From Alphaproteobacteria bacterium (GTDB taxonomy: Bacteria > Pseudomonadota > Alphaproteobacteria > UBA828), in contig CAXXMU010000006.1 in NCBI GenBank assembly GCA_963667785.2, forward strand, positions 288,001 to 352,000: DNA of 64,000 nucleotides, written 5' to 3'. The notes under the pieces were generated by a model. It made no database searches and was not told the DNA's origin. It was given only the letters and a program-made list of their open reading frames with translations. Numbering within the stretch: position 1 is the first letter of the stretch; the number at the start of each line of letters is the position of its first letter. Position numbers and translations under genes: made by a program. Below are positions 27,712 to 37,220 of the stretch, in pieces.

Positions 27712-28869
27712 CTAACCGCCGCCGGGTACCAGGTTGTGCGGCGCCCGGCTGAGGCTCTCGGCGCCGTCGTCCGTGACCGCGTAGGTCTCGCCGAGGGTCA
27801 TGGCGAGCCCTGCATCGCTGTTCGCGAGGATGATGTGGACGAAGAGGACCATGCCCGGCGCCACGACCTGCGGATTGCCGGTGTAGAACATCGGGCCGTC
27901 CATCCACGAGGGCGCGAAGGTCGCGCCGAGGCTGTAGCCGCAGGCGTTGAGGCGATGCTCGCGATAGCCTGCGCGATCGAGCACGCGGGCGTGGGCGTCG
28001 AAGACCTCGCCGAACGTGCGGCCGGGGTGCAGCGTCTCACGGCAGGCGTCCAGCGCGTCCACAGAGGCCCGGTGCATGGCCGCATGCGCCTCCGAGACCG
28101 GGCCGATCACCAGCGTGCGCATGAGCGCGGCGTGATAGCGGCAGTAGGTGCCCGCGAACTCGATGGTGAGTTGGTCCCGCTCCGCGAGCCGGCGCCGCCC
28201 GGCCTTGTCGCGGCAGAGCAGGGCGTCGGCGCCGGAGCTGAGGATGAAGGGGTTTCCCGGATACTCGCCGCCGCCGCGGAAGACGGCCCCCTGCATCGCG
28301 GCGAGGATGTCGCCTTCGAACGCGCCGGGAGCAGCCAGCCTCTCCGCTTCCGCCAGGGCGTCGTCCGCGAGCGCCGCCGCCCGGCGGACGTAGGCAAGCT
28401 CGCTCTCGCTCTTGACCAGGCGAAGCGCGGAGACGAGGTCCGACGCGTCCTCCAGCGTGCAGAAGTCCCCGAACGCCCGCTCGACCGCGAGCCAGTTCGC
28501 GGCCGTGAGGCCCTGGGTGTCGCGCTCGACGCCGATGCGCGCACCGGCCGCGCCGTGCCCGGCCACCACGTCGCGGAGCGCCGCAGCGGGGTCGGCGCCG
28601 GCCTCGTCGACCCAGATGCGGATGTCCTCGATGATCGAGGTGTGCCGCGCCTGACGGAGGTCCGGCGCGCGGGTAAGCAGCGTCATCCGCCCGTCGTGGC
28701 CCAGCCAGAGGCACTGGAAGAAGCAGAACCCGAAGGTGTCGTAGCCGGTCAGGTAGTACATGCTCTCCTGCTTGAAGAGCAGGATGCCCGCGAGGCCGCG
28801 ATCGGTGAGCGCCCGCACCGCCGCAGCGCGGCGCCGCCCGAATTCGTCAGCCGTGAAATGGGTCGCCAT
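27712..28869 (-). CDS. M24/creatinase-family hydrolase (Xaa-Pro peptidase/ectoine hydrolase-like)
   Basis: QESMYYLTGYD, LRLVKSESE, IEFAG..RYHAALMRT, GYSLG; ATG at 28869. Confidence 0.85.
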   Translation of the reverse strand: MATHFTADEFGRRRAAAVRALTDRGLAGILLFKQESMYYLTGYDTFGFCFFQCLWLGHDGRMTLLTRAPDLRQARHTSIIEDIRIWVDEAGADPAAALRDVVAGHGAAGARIGVERDTQGLTAANWLAVERAFGDFCTLEDASDLVSALRLVKSESELAYVRRAAALADDALAEAERLAAPGAFEGDILAAMQGAVFRGGGEYPGNPFILSSGADALLCRDKAGRRRLAERDQLTIEFAGTYCRYHAALMRTLVIGPVSEAHAAMHRASVDALDACRETLHPGRTFGEVFDAHARVLDRAGYREHRLNACGYSLGATFAPSWMDGPMFYTGNPQVVAPGMVLFVHIILANSDAGLAMTLGETYAVTDDGAESLSRAPHNLVPGGG

Positions 28870-29050
28870 TGCACAGGCACCTTTCGCCAAGTCCCGCATC
28901 CCCTGGCTGCGGACGATAGGGCGCGCCCACGCGGGCGTAAACCGCGCCGATCCCGCCCGCTTGCGCCGCCCCGAGACTACCGCTTCGCGGCGTTTACCGA
29001 TAAGGAAGGCGTCCGTGACCAACGCACCATGTCGAGGCGGGGAAGGCGCG

Positions 29051-31750
29051 ATGCCCGATCGTTTCCAGTTCGGCCAGGTGGCCCGCGTTCCGGCGGAGGC
29101 AGACAATGTCGCGATCGCGACGCGGCGCCTCGAAGCCGGCACCCTCGTCGCCGACGGAGCCGGCGCGTTCCGCCTCCCCCACACGATCCTGGAGGGACAC
29201 CGCTTCGTCCGCGTGCCCGTTGCCGAGGGCGCGCGCCTCACCTCCTGGGGGCTCCCGTTCGGCATCGCGGCCCGCGCGCTGCAGCCGGGCGAGTATGTCT
29301 GCAACGAGAGGATCCTCGCCGCGCTGGCGGAGCGCGACATCGACTTTCCGCTGCCGGACGCCGCCAACTTCGGCGACACCATGGAGACCTACGCGCTGGA
29401 CGAAGCGACCTTCAACGCGGGAGAGCAGGTGGCGCCCGCCGAGGAGCCTGCGACCTTCGCCGGCTTCCGCCGCCCCGGCGGGCGCGGCGTCGGCACCCGG
29501 AACTTCGTCGTCGTGCTGGCCACCACCTCGCGCGCCAACGGCTTCGTGCGCGAGGTCGCGGGCCGGGCCGCGGGACGCGCGCCGGCGGGCGTCGACGGCG
29601 TCGTTGCGGTCACCCATACCGAAGGCGGCGGCAGCGCGCGGCCCAACAATCTGGACCACGTGCTGAGGGTGCTGGCCGGCTTCATCGTGCATCCCAACGT
29701 GGGCGCGGTGCTGGCGGCCGACGACGGCACCGGCGCCTACGCCAACGACGACCTGCGGCGCTTCATGGAAGGCCGCGACGACCCGCTCGACCACGTGCCC
29801 CACGCCTTCTTCCGCATCGAGGGAGAGCACGAGCGGGAGGTGGTGCGCGCGGCGGCGCTGATCGAAGGCTGGCTGCCGGAGGTCGCCGCCCAGCGCCGCA
29901 CGCGCGAGCCCGTGGGCGCGCTGCGGCTCGCGCTCCAGTGCGGCGGCTCGGACGCGTTCTCCGGCGTCTCCGGCAACGCGCTCGCCGGCTGGGTGGCGAG
30001 GGAGGTCATCCGCCACGGAGGCGCGGCCAACCTGGCCGAGACCGACGAGCTCATCGGCGCCGAGCCCTACGTGCTGGAGAACGTGCGCGACGCGGGCACG
30101 GCACGGCGGTTTCTCGGGAAGATCGAGAACTTCAAGCGCTACGCCGCCAACCACGGGGCCACGGCCGAGGGCAACCCCACCGGCGGCAACAACTTCCGCG
30201 GCCTCTACAACATCACGCTGAAGTCGCTCGGGGCCGCCCGCAAGAAGGCGCCCGACGTGCGGCTCGACCACGTCATCGACTACGGCGAGCCCATGCGCGC
30301 GCCCGGCTTCTACTTCATGGACAGCCCCGGCAACGACCTGGAGAGCATCGCGGGCCAGGTGGCGGCTGGCTCCACCCTCATCCTCTTCATCACCGGGAAC
30401 GGCTCGATCACCAACTTCCCCTTCGTGCCGACGCTCAAGTTCGTGACCACCACGGGCCGCTTCGAGCTGCTCGCGAACGAGATGGACGTGAACGCGGGCC
30501 GCTACAACGACGGCATGGAGATGGATGCGCTCGGCGCGGAGACCTTTGAGCTCGCGCTCGACGTCGCCTCCGGGCAGCGCAGCAAGGGCGAGCGCGCGGG
30601 CCACGCCCAGGTCTCGGTCTGGCGCGACTGGCCGCGCACCGGGACGGACGGGCTGGAGGAGATACGCCTGCGGCCGGCACCGGCCGGGCGCCCGCTCGCG
30701 GTGCAGGCAGCGGCTCCCCTCGAGCTTGCCTTCGACGCCGTGGTCACGGGCCAGGGTATCGCCTCCGACCAGGTCGCGCTGGTGATGCCGACGAGCCTTT
30801 GCTCCGGCCAGGTGGCGCGCCTCATCGCCGACGACCTCACGCGGAACCCGCCCGCGTGGAGCGACGTCTCGCGCTTCGTTGCCCTCGTGCATACCGAGGG
30901 CTGCGGCTCGGCCAACGGGGCCGGCCTCTATCTCGACACGCTCACGGGCCACCTCGCGCATCGCTGCGTGCGCCATGCGGTGCTGCTGGAGCATGGCTGC
31001 GAGATGACCCACAACGACGCGGTCCGCCACCATCTCGCCGCGCGCGGCCTGGAGGCGGAGCGCTTCGGCTGGGCGAGCGTGCAGCTCGACGGCGGCATCG
31101 CCCGCGTTCGCGCCAAGGTGGCGGGCCAGCTCGAGGCCATGGCCCGGACCAGCGCCGCGGCGGGGCCCGAGAGACGGCGGGTGGGCGCCGCCGAGATGCG
31201 CCTGGCACTCGCCGCGGACGGGCCCGTGCCGGATTCGATCGGGGCGGCCTTCGGCCGGCTGGCCGCCGGCCTCGTCGCAGCCGGCGCGACCGTGGTCGTA
31301 GCGAGCAGCGGGGGCCTGCTTGGGAATAACGGCTTCCGCCGCGTCCTCCTTCCGGCGGGCGCAGTGGCTGCGGCCTCTCTCGCCTTCGCCCAGCCGGCAG
31401 CGGGCGCGGGGTTCCACGTCATGGAGACGCCCACCGAGAACGCGGTGGAGACCTTCGCCGGGCTGGGTGCTACCGGGGTCGAGCTGATGCTCTGCCACGT
31501 CGGGCGGACCCCGCTGCAGGGCCACCCCATGCTCCCCCTCCTCCAGGTGACGGCCGACGAGGCGGTGGCCGCGCGCTACGGCAGCGATCTCGACCGGGTC
31601 TTCGCGCCAGGGCACAACATTTCCCCTATCGCCGCAGCACTTGCGGCGCTCGTCGCGGAGACGGCCTCCTGCCGCTACCGGCCGGCGCTCTGGTCGCGCG
31701 GAGTCACCGAATTCCAGCTCACCCGCGGCCTGCTCGGCCTCTCCATGTAA
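29051..31750 (+). CDS. UxaA/GarD-family dehydratase with SAF domain and a duplicated C-terminal region
   Basis: DNVAIA, GVGTRN, HPNVGAVL, LQCGGSDAFSGVSGN, NPTGGN..GL.NITLKSLGA; second HTEGCG/LEHGCE block. Confidence 0.8.
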   Translation: MPDRFQFGQVARVPAEADNVAIATRRLEAGTLVADGAGAFRLPHTILEGHRFVRVPVAEGARLTSWGLPFGIAARALQPGEYVCNERILAALAERDIDFPLPDAANFGDTMETYALDEATFNAGEQVAPAEEPATFAGFRRPGGRGVGTRNFVVVLATTSRANGFVREVAGRAAGRAPAGVDGVVAVTHTEGGGSARPNNLDHVLRVLAGFIVHPNVGAVLAADDGTGAYANDDLRRFMEGRDDPLDHVPHAFFRIEGEHEREVVRAAALIEGWLPEVAAQRRTREPVGALRLALQCGGSDAFSGVSGNALAGWVAREVIRHGGAANLAETDELIGAEPYVLENVRDAGTARRFLGKIENFKRYAANHGATAEGNPTGGNNFRGLYNITLKSLGAARKKAPDVRLDHVIDYGEPMRAPGFYFMDSPGNDLESIAGQVAAGSTLILFITGNGSITNFPFVPTLKFVTTTGRFELLANEMDVNAGRYNDGMEMDALGAETFELALDVASGQRSKGERAGHAQVSVWRDWPRTGTDGLEEIRLRPAPAGRPLAVQAAAPLELAFDAVVTGQGIASDQVALVMPTSLCSGQVARLIADDLTRNPPAWSDVSRFVALVHTEGCGSANGAGLYLDTLTGHLAHRCVRHAVLLEHGCEMTHNDAVRHHLAARGLEAERFGWASVQLDGGIARVRAKVAGQLEAMARTSAAAGPERRRVGAAEMRLALAADGPVPDSIGAAFGRLAAGLVAAGATVVVASSGGLLGNNGFRRVLLPAGAVAAASLAFAQPAAGAGFHVMETPTENAVETFAGLGATGVELMLCHVGRTPLQGHPMLPLLQVTADEAVAARYGSDLDRVFAPGHNISPIAAALAALVAETASCRYRPALWSRGVTEFQLTRGLLGLSM

Positions 31751-31879
31751 GGGAGACGGGATACGCGGGCGGGCGCCCGGTTGCGCCCCCGGCTGAATCG
31801 TGGCACATCACCGGCGCGGCGCGACCGCCGCCGGCGAGGCCCCAAGCGGGTTGCCCGCGGCTTTCTCTCCGCCGCGTGT

Positions 31880-31954
<75 letters not shown>

Positions 31955-31955
<1 letters not shown>

Positions 31956-31991
31956 AAATCCCCTCTATATCAATGCATTAGAGGGGATTTT
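31955..31991 (+). terminator. Terminator hairpin after tRNA-Lys
   Basis: aaaatcccctcta/tagaggggatttt 13-bp stem. Confidence 0.7.
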
Positions 31992-32097
31992 CATTTGGTG
32001 TTCCAGGCTCTCTTTCTTCAGGCACCCTATAGGCACCACTGTTTCGTAACCTCCCGGCCGCTCCAGACCACGGCGAAGGTGAGGGTTCGGGTAAGTT

Positions 32098-32225
32098 CGG
32101 GTGGTGCGGGGCGATGCGACCTCGCACACCTACGAGCGCACGATCCAGCCGCTGCCGAAGCTTGGGCCGTGGGTGGACGAGCTCAAGCGCCGTCTGGAGG
32201 CCAACGAGAGGACGAAGCGCCGGAG
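32098..32225 (+). pseudogene. IS21-family IstA transposase fragment
   Basis: VRGDATSHTYERTIQPLPKLGPWVDELKRRLEANE resembles the post-HTH segment of IstA; no full ORF. Confidence 0.6.
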
Positions 32226-32433
32226 GTTCCTGTCGGCCCACCGGGGCAACCGGGTTGAAGGCGAGGTCGGTGCCGGCGACGTGAAGGCAAACGGCACGGG
32301 CGCTCAACTGCGTATAACAAGAGATAATAGTAAGGCCTCCGGCTCGCGTATTTCTCATTGCTTGACCGCGTCCTTTCGCTAAGGACAATTGAGTCCGCTG
32401 GTGCAGAGTCACTTGACCATGTGAGAAGCCGAC

Positions 32434-34881
32434 ATGGCTGAGGTTGGGGCCGATCCAGGCGGCTTGGGCGCCGGAGCGGCCGCGGGCGGCAGGCCGCTCC
32501 AGCCGTCGCTCTGGAGCGCCCTCCCCCACTTCCTGCCGCTTCTGATCTTTCCGCTGATCGTCAACGCCGCGCTGCAGGGCAGCTGGTGGATCGCGGCGCC
32601 CTTCGTCTTCTTCATGCTTGCGGGTCCCCTGGATGTCGCGCTCGGCGCGGACGAGAAGAACATGGACCCGGCGAAGACGCCCGAGAGGCGCCTGTTCTGG
32701 CACAATCTGCCGGTCTGGGGGTGGGCGTTTCTCTGGCCCCTGACCTTCGCCTTCACGCTCTGGCAAGTCCTCGTCGTCGGCCATCTGGCCCTTTGGGAGA
32801 CCGCGTTGATGGCGGTGGTGCTCGCGACCGAGGCCCAGGCGGTCTTCATCGTCGGCCACGAGCTGGTCCATCGGCGGCACGCGTGGGAGCGCCGCCTCGG
32901 CGAGTTTCTGCTCGCGTCGGCCTCCTACCCGCACTACGCCACGGAGCACATCTACATTCACCACGCCCTCGTCGGCACGCCGCTTGACGTGGGGTCTGCG
33001 CCCAAGGGCGAGAGCCTCTGGCGCTATTTCCCGCGCGAGCTGGCGAGCAACATCCTCGGCGCCTGGCGCGTCACCCGCGAGCGGCTGGCCCGCCGCCGCC
33101 TGCCCATGTGGCACTACAGCAATCCCTTCTGGCGGTACGGCTTCGAAACCGCTCTCTGGTACGCGCTGATCTACTGGATGGGCGATTGGTGGGCAGTCTT
33201 GATCTACGCCGTACTCTGCCTCGGCGTCGTGCTCTCGATGAAGATCAGCAACTACATCCAGCACTACGGCCTGCGCCGCATCCGCATGCCCAACGGCCGC
33301 TTCGAGAAGGTCCGGCCCCGGCATTCGTGGAGCGCCAGCTGCAGGTTCAGCAACTGGATGTTCTACAACATGCAGCGCCATCCGGATCACCACGCGGTGG
33401 CGAGCCGGCCGTATGCACTGCTGCAGCATCGCGGCGAGGACGAATCGCCGCAGTTGCCTGGGAGCTACGGCAAGATGTTCGGCTTGGCGGTGCGACCGAA
33501 GCGCTGGTTCCGGACCATGGACCCGCTGGTCGATCAGTGGCGCGCCCACTTCTACCCCGAGATCGAGGACTGGAGCCCCTACGACAGCGCGGTTGCCGAA
33601 GCCCGGCCGGAGGCCTTCGACGCCATCGTCGAGATCTTCGGCGCAGCGCCGCGGCTCGCCGGGCTGATCGAGCGAAGCCCGGAGCTGCTCGACAGCCTCA
33701 AAAGCCGGGAGTTTACCGATCTCGATCTTCCGGGCGGCTTCGGGCCGGACCTGGAATTCGAGGCGACCGCCCGCAGTGGCCTCACGCGCCTCTACTGGAC
33801 GCACGAGTTCGGCGTCGCGGAGATGACCGAACAGATCGCCGAAGCGCCCGTTCAGGATGTGAGCGACACGGCGGACTCCGTGCGCAACTGGTCGAACGAC
33901 AAGACCTTCCAGATCGGCATCCACACGCTGCGCGGCAATCTCACCCCGATCGAGGCGGGAACGGCGCTCGCGAATGTCGCGGAGGCCGCGATCGCCGCCG
34001 TGCTCGAGGCGGTCGACGAGGAGATCGCCGAGACCCGCGGCCCGCGCGGCGAGGGAGGGATCGCGGCGGTGGCTCTGGGCGATCTGGCAAGCCGGGACGT
34101 GGCGCCCGGCATGGCGCTGGACCTCCTGTTCGTGCATGAGGGCGGCTCCGCCGGCGAGCAGGAGGCGACGTGCCGCCGCTACCGCGATGCGCTCCGCCGG
34201 CTGTCGCGCGGCAGCCTGCTGTTCGCGGACGCGCCGCGCGGTGGAAAGGGACGGGCCGCGAGAGCGCTCTCGGAGTTCGCCGATGGCGGCTGGAGCGCCG
34301 GATCGGCAGACGCGCTACTGGAGCTGACACGCACGCGCTGCGTCTTCGAATCGGGCGAGAGCGGGATCGGCCGGCGCTTCGACGAGGCGCGGCAGGCGCT
34401 GCTCGGCCGCGGCGACGCGCACGCGGCGCTCGTCGCCGAGCTGCGGGGCGGAGCCGGCGGCACGGCCGCACCGGGGCTTGCCGCGCTCGACGAGATGACC
34501 GGCGGCCTCGACGACGTCGAGCGCACTGCCCGGCTTCTCCAGCTGACCGGCCCCGGAGACGCCGTGGACGATCCGGCGCCCAGGGCGGTGGCAGTCTTCG
34601 AAGTCGCGGGGGCGCATGGCGCGATCCCCGACGACAGCGCGGAGGCCTTGATCGAGGCCGCCACGATGTGGCGCACCCTGCGCGGCATTCTGCGGCTGAT
34701 TGCGGACGACGGCGTCGTGGACGGTGCAGCGGCGACCGGGGTCAAGGCCGCCATTGCGCAGGCCGCCGGGCTGGACGATTTCGACGCGCTCGCCAACACG
34801 ATCCGCGATAGGGCATCCCGCGCCGCAGCCGCGCGCGATGCAGTGAACGGAACGCGTGGCCCCGCTGCCGGCACGAGCTGA
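32434..34881 (+). CDS. AlkB-like membrane di-iron hydroxylase/desaturase fused to a degenerate GlnE-like adenylyltransferase domain
   Basis: His boxes HELVH, EHIYIHH, NYIQHYG, QRHPDHH; C-terminus ALGDLASRDVAPGMALDLLFV and GGLDDVERTARLLQL resemble GlnE. Confidence 0.75.
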   Translation: MAEVGADPGGLGAGAAAGGRPLQPSLWSALPHFLPLLIFPLIVNAALQGSWWIAAPFVFFMLAGPLDVALGADEKNMDPAKTPERRLFWHNLPVWGWAFLWPLTFAFTLWQVLVVGHLALWETALMAVVLATEAQAVFIVGHELVHRRHAWERRLGEFLLASASYPHYATEHIYIHHALVGTPLDVGSAPKGESLWRYFPRELASNILGAWRVTRERLARRRLPMWHYSNPFWRYGFETALWYALIYWMGDWWAVLIYAVLCLGVVLSMKISNYIQHYGLRRIRMPNGRFEKVRPRHSWSASCRFSNWMFYNMQRHPDHHAVASRPYALLQHRGEDESPQLPGSYGKMFGLAVRPKRWFRTMDPLVDQWRAHFYPEIEDWSPYDSAVAEARPEAFDAIVEIFGAAPRLAGLIERSPELLDSLKSREFTDLDLPGGFGPDLEFEATARSGLTRLYWTHEFGVAEMTEQIAEAPVQDVSDTADSVRNWSNDKTFQIGIHTLRGNLTPIEAGTALANVAEAAIAAVLEAVDEEIAETRGPRGEGGIAAVALGDLASRDVAPGMALDLLFVHEGGSAGEQEATCRRYRDALRRLSRGSLLFADAPRGGKGRAARALSEFADGGWSAGSADALLELTRTRCVFESGESGIGRRFDEARQALLGRGDAHAALVAELRGGAGGTAAPGLAALDEMTGGLDDVERTARLLQLTGPGDAVDDPAPRAVAVFEVAGAHGAIPDDSAEALIEAATMWRTLRGILRLIADDGVVDGAAATGVKAAIAQAAGLDDFDALANTIRDRASRAAAARDAVNGTRGPAAGTS

Positions 34882-34882
34882 C

Positions 34883-37210
34883 GTGACGGATCGCCCTGCC
34901 CGATCCGGTTCGCGCCGCGGCATCCTGACGACGACATCCGCTGCCGATCACGATCCGATCGAGCGGCCGGCGCTGACGCCGCACCTTGAATTCCGGTCGC
35001 TCGGTGAAGACCGGGCGCTGCTGGTGTCGGACTCCTTCAACACGTTGCTGCACGGGCGGATCCACTGCGATCTGCTGCCCCTTCTCGACGGCCGGCGCGC
35101 GCGGGACGAGATCGTTGCCGCCCTCGCGGGCGTCCATGCGGGCGCCGAGGTGGAGCAGGCGCTGACCTCGCTTGCGGCGAGGGGATACGTCGTCTCCGGC
35201 GCGCATGTCATGGACCGGTCCCGGGCGGCGTTCTGGTCCGCGCTGGGCGCCTCGCCCTGCCGGGCGGAGGAGCGGCTCGGCGCATCGACGGTCGCGGTCG
35301 AGGGCGACGACGGCCGTCTCGCCCGCGGCCTCGGCGCCATGGGCGTGACGGTGGGCGCAGACCGCCCGACGCTCATCGTCGTCGTCTGCGCGGACTATCT
35401 CGACGAGCGGCACGACTCCCTCAATCGCCGCCACCTTGCCGCACGCACGCCCTGGATGCTGGTCCGGCCCGCCGGCCTGCAGCCGCTCTTCGGACCCGTC
35501 TTCCGGCCGGCGGAGCAGGGCCCCTGCTGGGCCTGCCTCGCCTACCGGATGCGCGGCAATCAGGAGGTTCACACCTTCCTGCGCAATCTGGGCGGCGAGG
35601 ATGCGGCCTTCGTGCCCTTCGCCGCCGTGCCTACCGCCCTGGATGCGGTGGCGGGCCTCGCCGCGGCCGAGATCGCCAAGTGGCTGGTCCTGGGAGACGC
35701 GGCGACGCTCCACGAGAGGGCGATCTCGCTGGACCTCGCCAGCCTCGAGAGCGCGCACCATCCGACCATGCGCCGGCCGCAGTGCCCCGTCTGCGGCGAC
35801 GAGGCGCGCCATCGCGCCGACCGGCCGGCGCAGCCGGTGCGCCTCGGCCCGAGCCCGAAGGGCACGCGCAACAGCGGCGGCGTGCGCACCGTCTCGCCGG
35901 AGGAGACCCTCGCCCGTTACCGGCATCTGATCAGCCCGGTGAGCGGGATCGTCACATGGGTGGCGCGCACCACGGCGGAGTCCGACCCCTGGCTGCACGT
36001 CCACTGGGCCGGCAGCAATCTGGCGCTCCGGATCAGGAGCCTGAGCTCGCTCAGGCGCAGCCTGCGGAGCAAGAGCGCGGGCAAGGGGAGCACCGCGCAG
36101 CAGTCCGAGGTGAGCGCGCTCTGCGAGGCGATCGAGCGCTATTGCGGCGCCTTCCACGGCGACGAGATCAGGCGGCCGGCGCGGTTCTCGGATTTTGCGG
36201 CGGCCGGTGGCACGGAGGCGATCCACCCCAACCAGGTTCAGCTCTTCAGCGAACGGCAACTGGACCACGCAGACGAGATCAATGCCCGCGGCCATCCCTA
36301 CAACGTGGTGCCGCCGCGCTTCGATCCCGAGAAGGAGATCGACTGGTCGCCGGTGTGGTCGCTCACGCAAGGCCGGCACCGCTATCTCCCCACATCCATG
36401 CTCTACGGCATGACTCCCGAGCAGCGGGCGCATGCGGACCTCTGGGCGGATTCGAACGGATGCGCCGCCGGCAACACGCTCGAGGAGGCGATCCTGCAGG
36501 GGTTCTACGAGCTGGTGGAGCGCGATGCCGTCGCCATCTGGTGGTACAACCGGCTGCGCCTGCCCGCGGTGGAGCTCGGGAGCTTCGGCGACGACTACCT
36601 GTCCGCCGCGCCCGACTACTACCGGGGCCGCAATCGCGACATGTGGGTGCTGGACGCGACCTCAGACCTCGGCATCCCCGCCTTCGTCGCGCTCTCGCGC
36701 CGCACGGACGTCGAGAACGAGGACATCATCTACGGCGCCGGCGCGCACGCGGACCCGCACATCGCAGCGCTCCGCGCGGTGTGCGAGATGAACCAGTGCC
36801 TGACCTGGGTGCCAAGCCCGGGCGACGGCGACGGCCGCTACGGCGTGGACGATCCCATGTGCCTGTGGTGGTGGAAGAACGCGACGCTCGCGGACCATCC
36901 CTACCTGGCGTCGGCGCCGGATGCCACGCCGCGCCGCCGGGCGGACTATCCGGTTCCCGACGGCGCCGACCTGAGAGAGGACGTGGAGCGTTGCCGCGCG
37001 CTGGTCGAGGCCCGGGGCATGGAGTTCCTCGTTCTCGACCAGACCCGGGCGGACGTCGGGATGCCGGTGGTTCGGGTGATCGTGCCGGGCCTGCGCCACT
37101 TCTGGGAACGCTTCGCGCCGGGGCGGCTCTTCGACGTGCCGGTGGAGATGGGCCGGCGCGAGTCTCCCCTGGCGGAGTCCGACCTCAATCCGGTCCCGGT
37201 CATCGCCTGA
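34883..37210 (+). CDS. srpC: TOMM/proteusin fused E1-like + YcaO cyclodehydratase
   Basis: GPCWACL, RRPQCPVCG, SAGKG, CEAIERY, DSNGCAAGNTLEEAILQGFYELVERDA, C-terminal PVPVIA; probable GTG at 34883. Symbol assigned by recalled similarity to the sponge srp cluster. Confidence 0.92.
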   Translation: MTDRPARSGSRRGILTTTSAADHDPIERPALTPHLEFRSLGEDRALLVSDSFNTLLHGRIHCDLLPLLDGRRARDEIVAALAGVHAGAEVEQALTSLAARGYVVSGAHVMDRSRAAFWSALGASPCRAEERLGASTVAVEGDDGRLARGLGAMGVTVGADRPTLIVVVCADYLDERHDSLNRRHLAARTPWMLVRPAGLQPLFGPVFRPAEQGPCWACLAYRMRGNQEVHTFLRNLGGEDAAFVPFAAVPTALDAVAGLAAAEIAKWLVLGDAATLHERAISLDLASLESAHHPTMRRPQCPVCGDEARHRADRPAQPVRLGPSPKGTRNSGGVRTVSPEETLARYRHLISPVSGIVTWVARTTAESDPWLHVHWAGSNLALRIRSLSSLRRSLRSKSAGKGSTAQQSEVSALCEAIERYCGAFHGDEIRRPARFSDFAAAGGTEAIHPNQVQLFSERQLDHADEINARGHPYNVVPPRFDPEKEIDWSPVWSLTQGRHRYLPTSMLYGMTPEQRAHADLWADSNGCAAGNTLEEAILQGFYELVERDAVAIWWYNRLRLPAVELGSFGDDYLSAAPDYYRGRNRDMWVLDATSDLGIPAFVALSRRTDVENEDIIYGAGAHADPHIAALRAVCEMNQCLTWVPSPGDGDGRYGVDDPMCLWWWKNATLADHPYLASAPDATPRRRADYPVPDGADLREDVERCRALVEARGMEFLVLDQTRADVGMPVVRVIVPGLRHFWERFAPGRLFDVPVEMGRRESPLAESDLNPVPVIA

Positions 37211-37220
37211 GAGGCCGACA

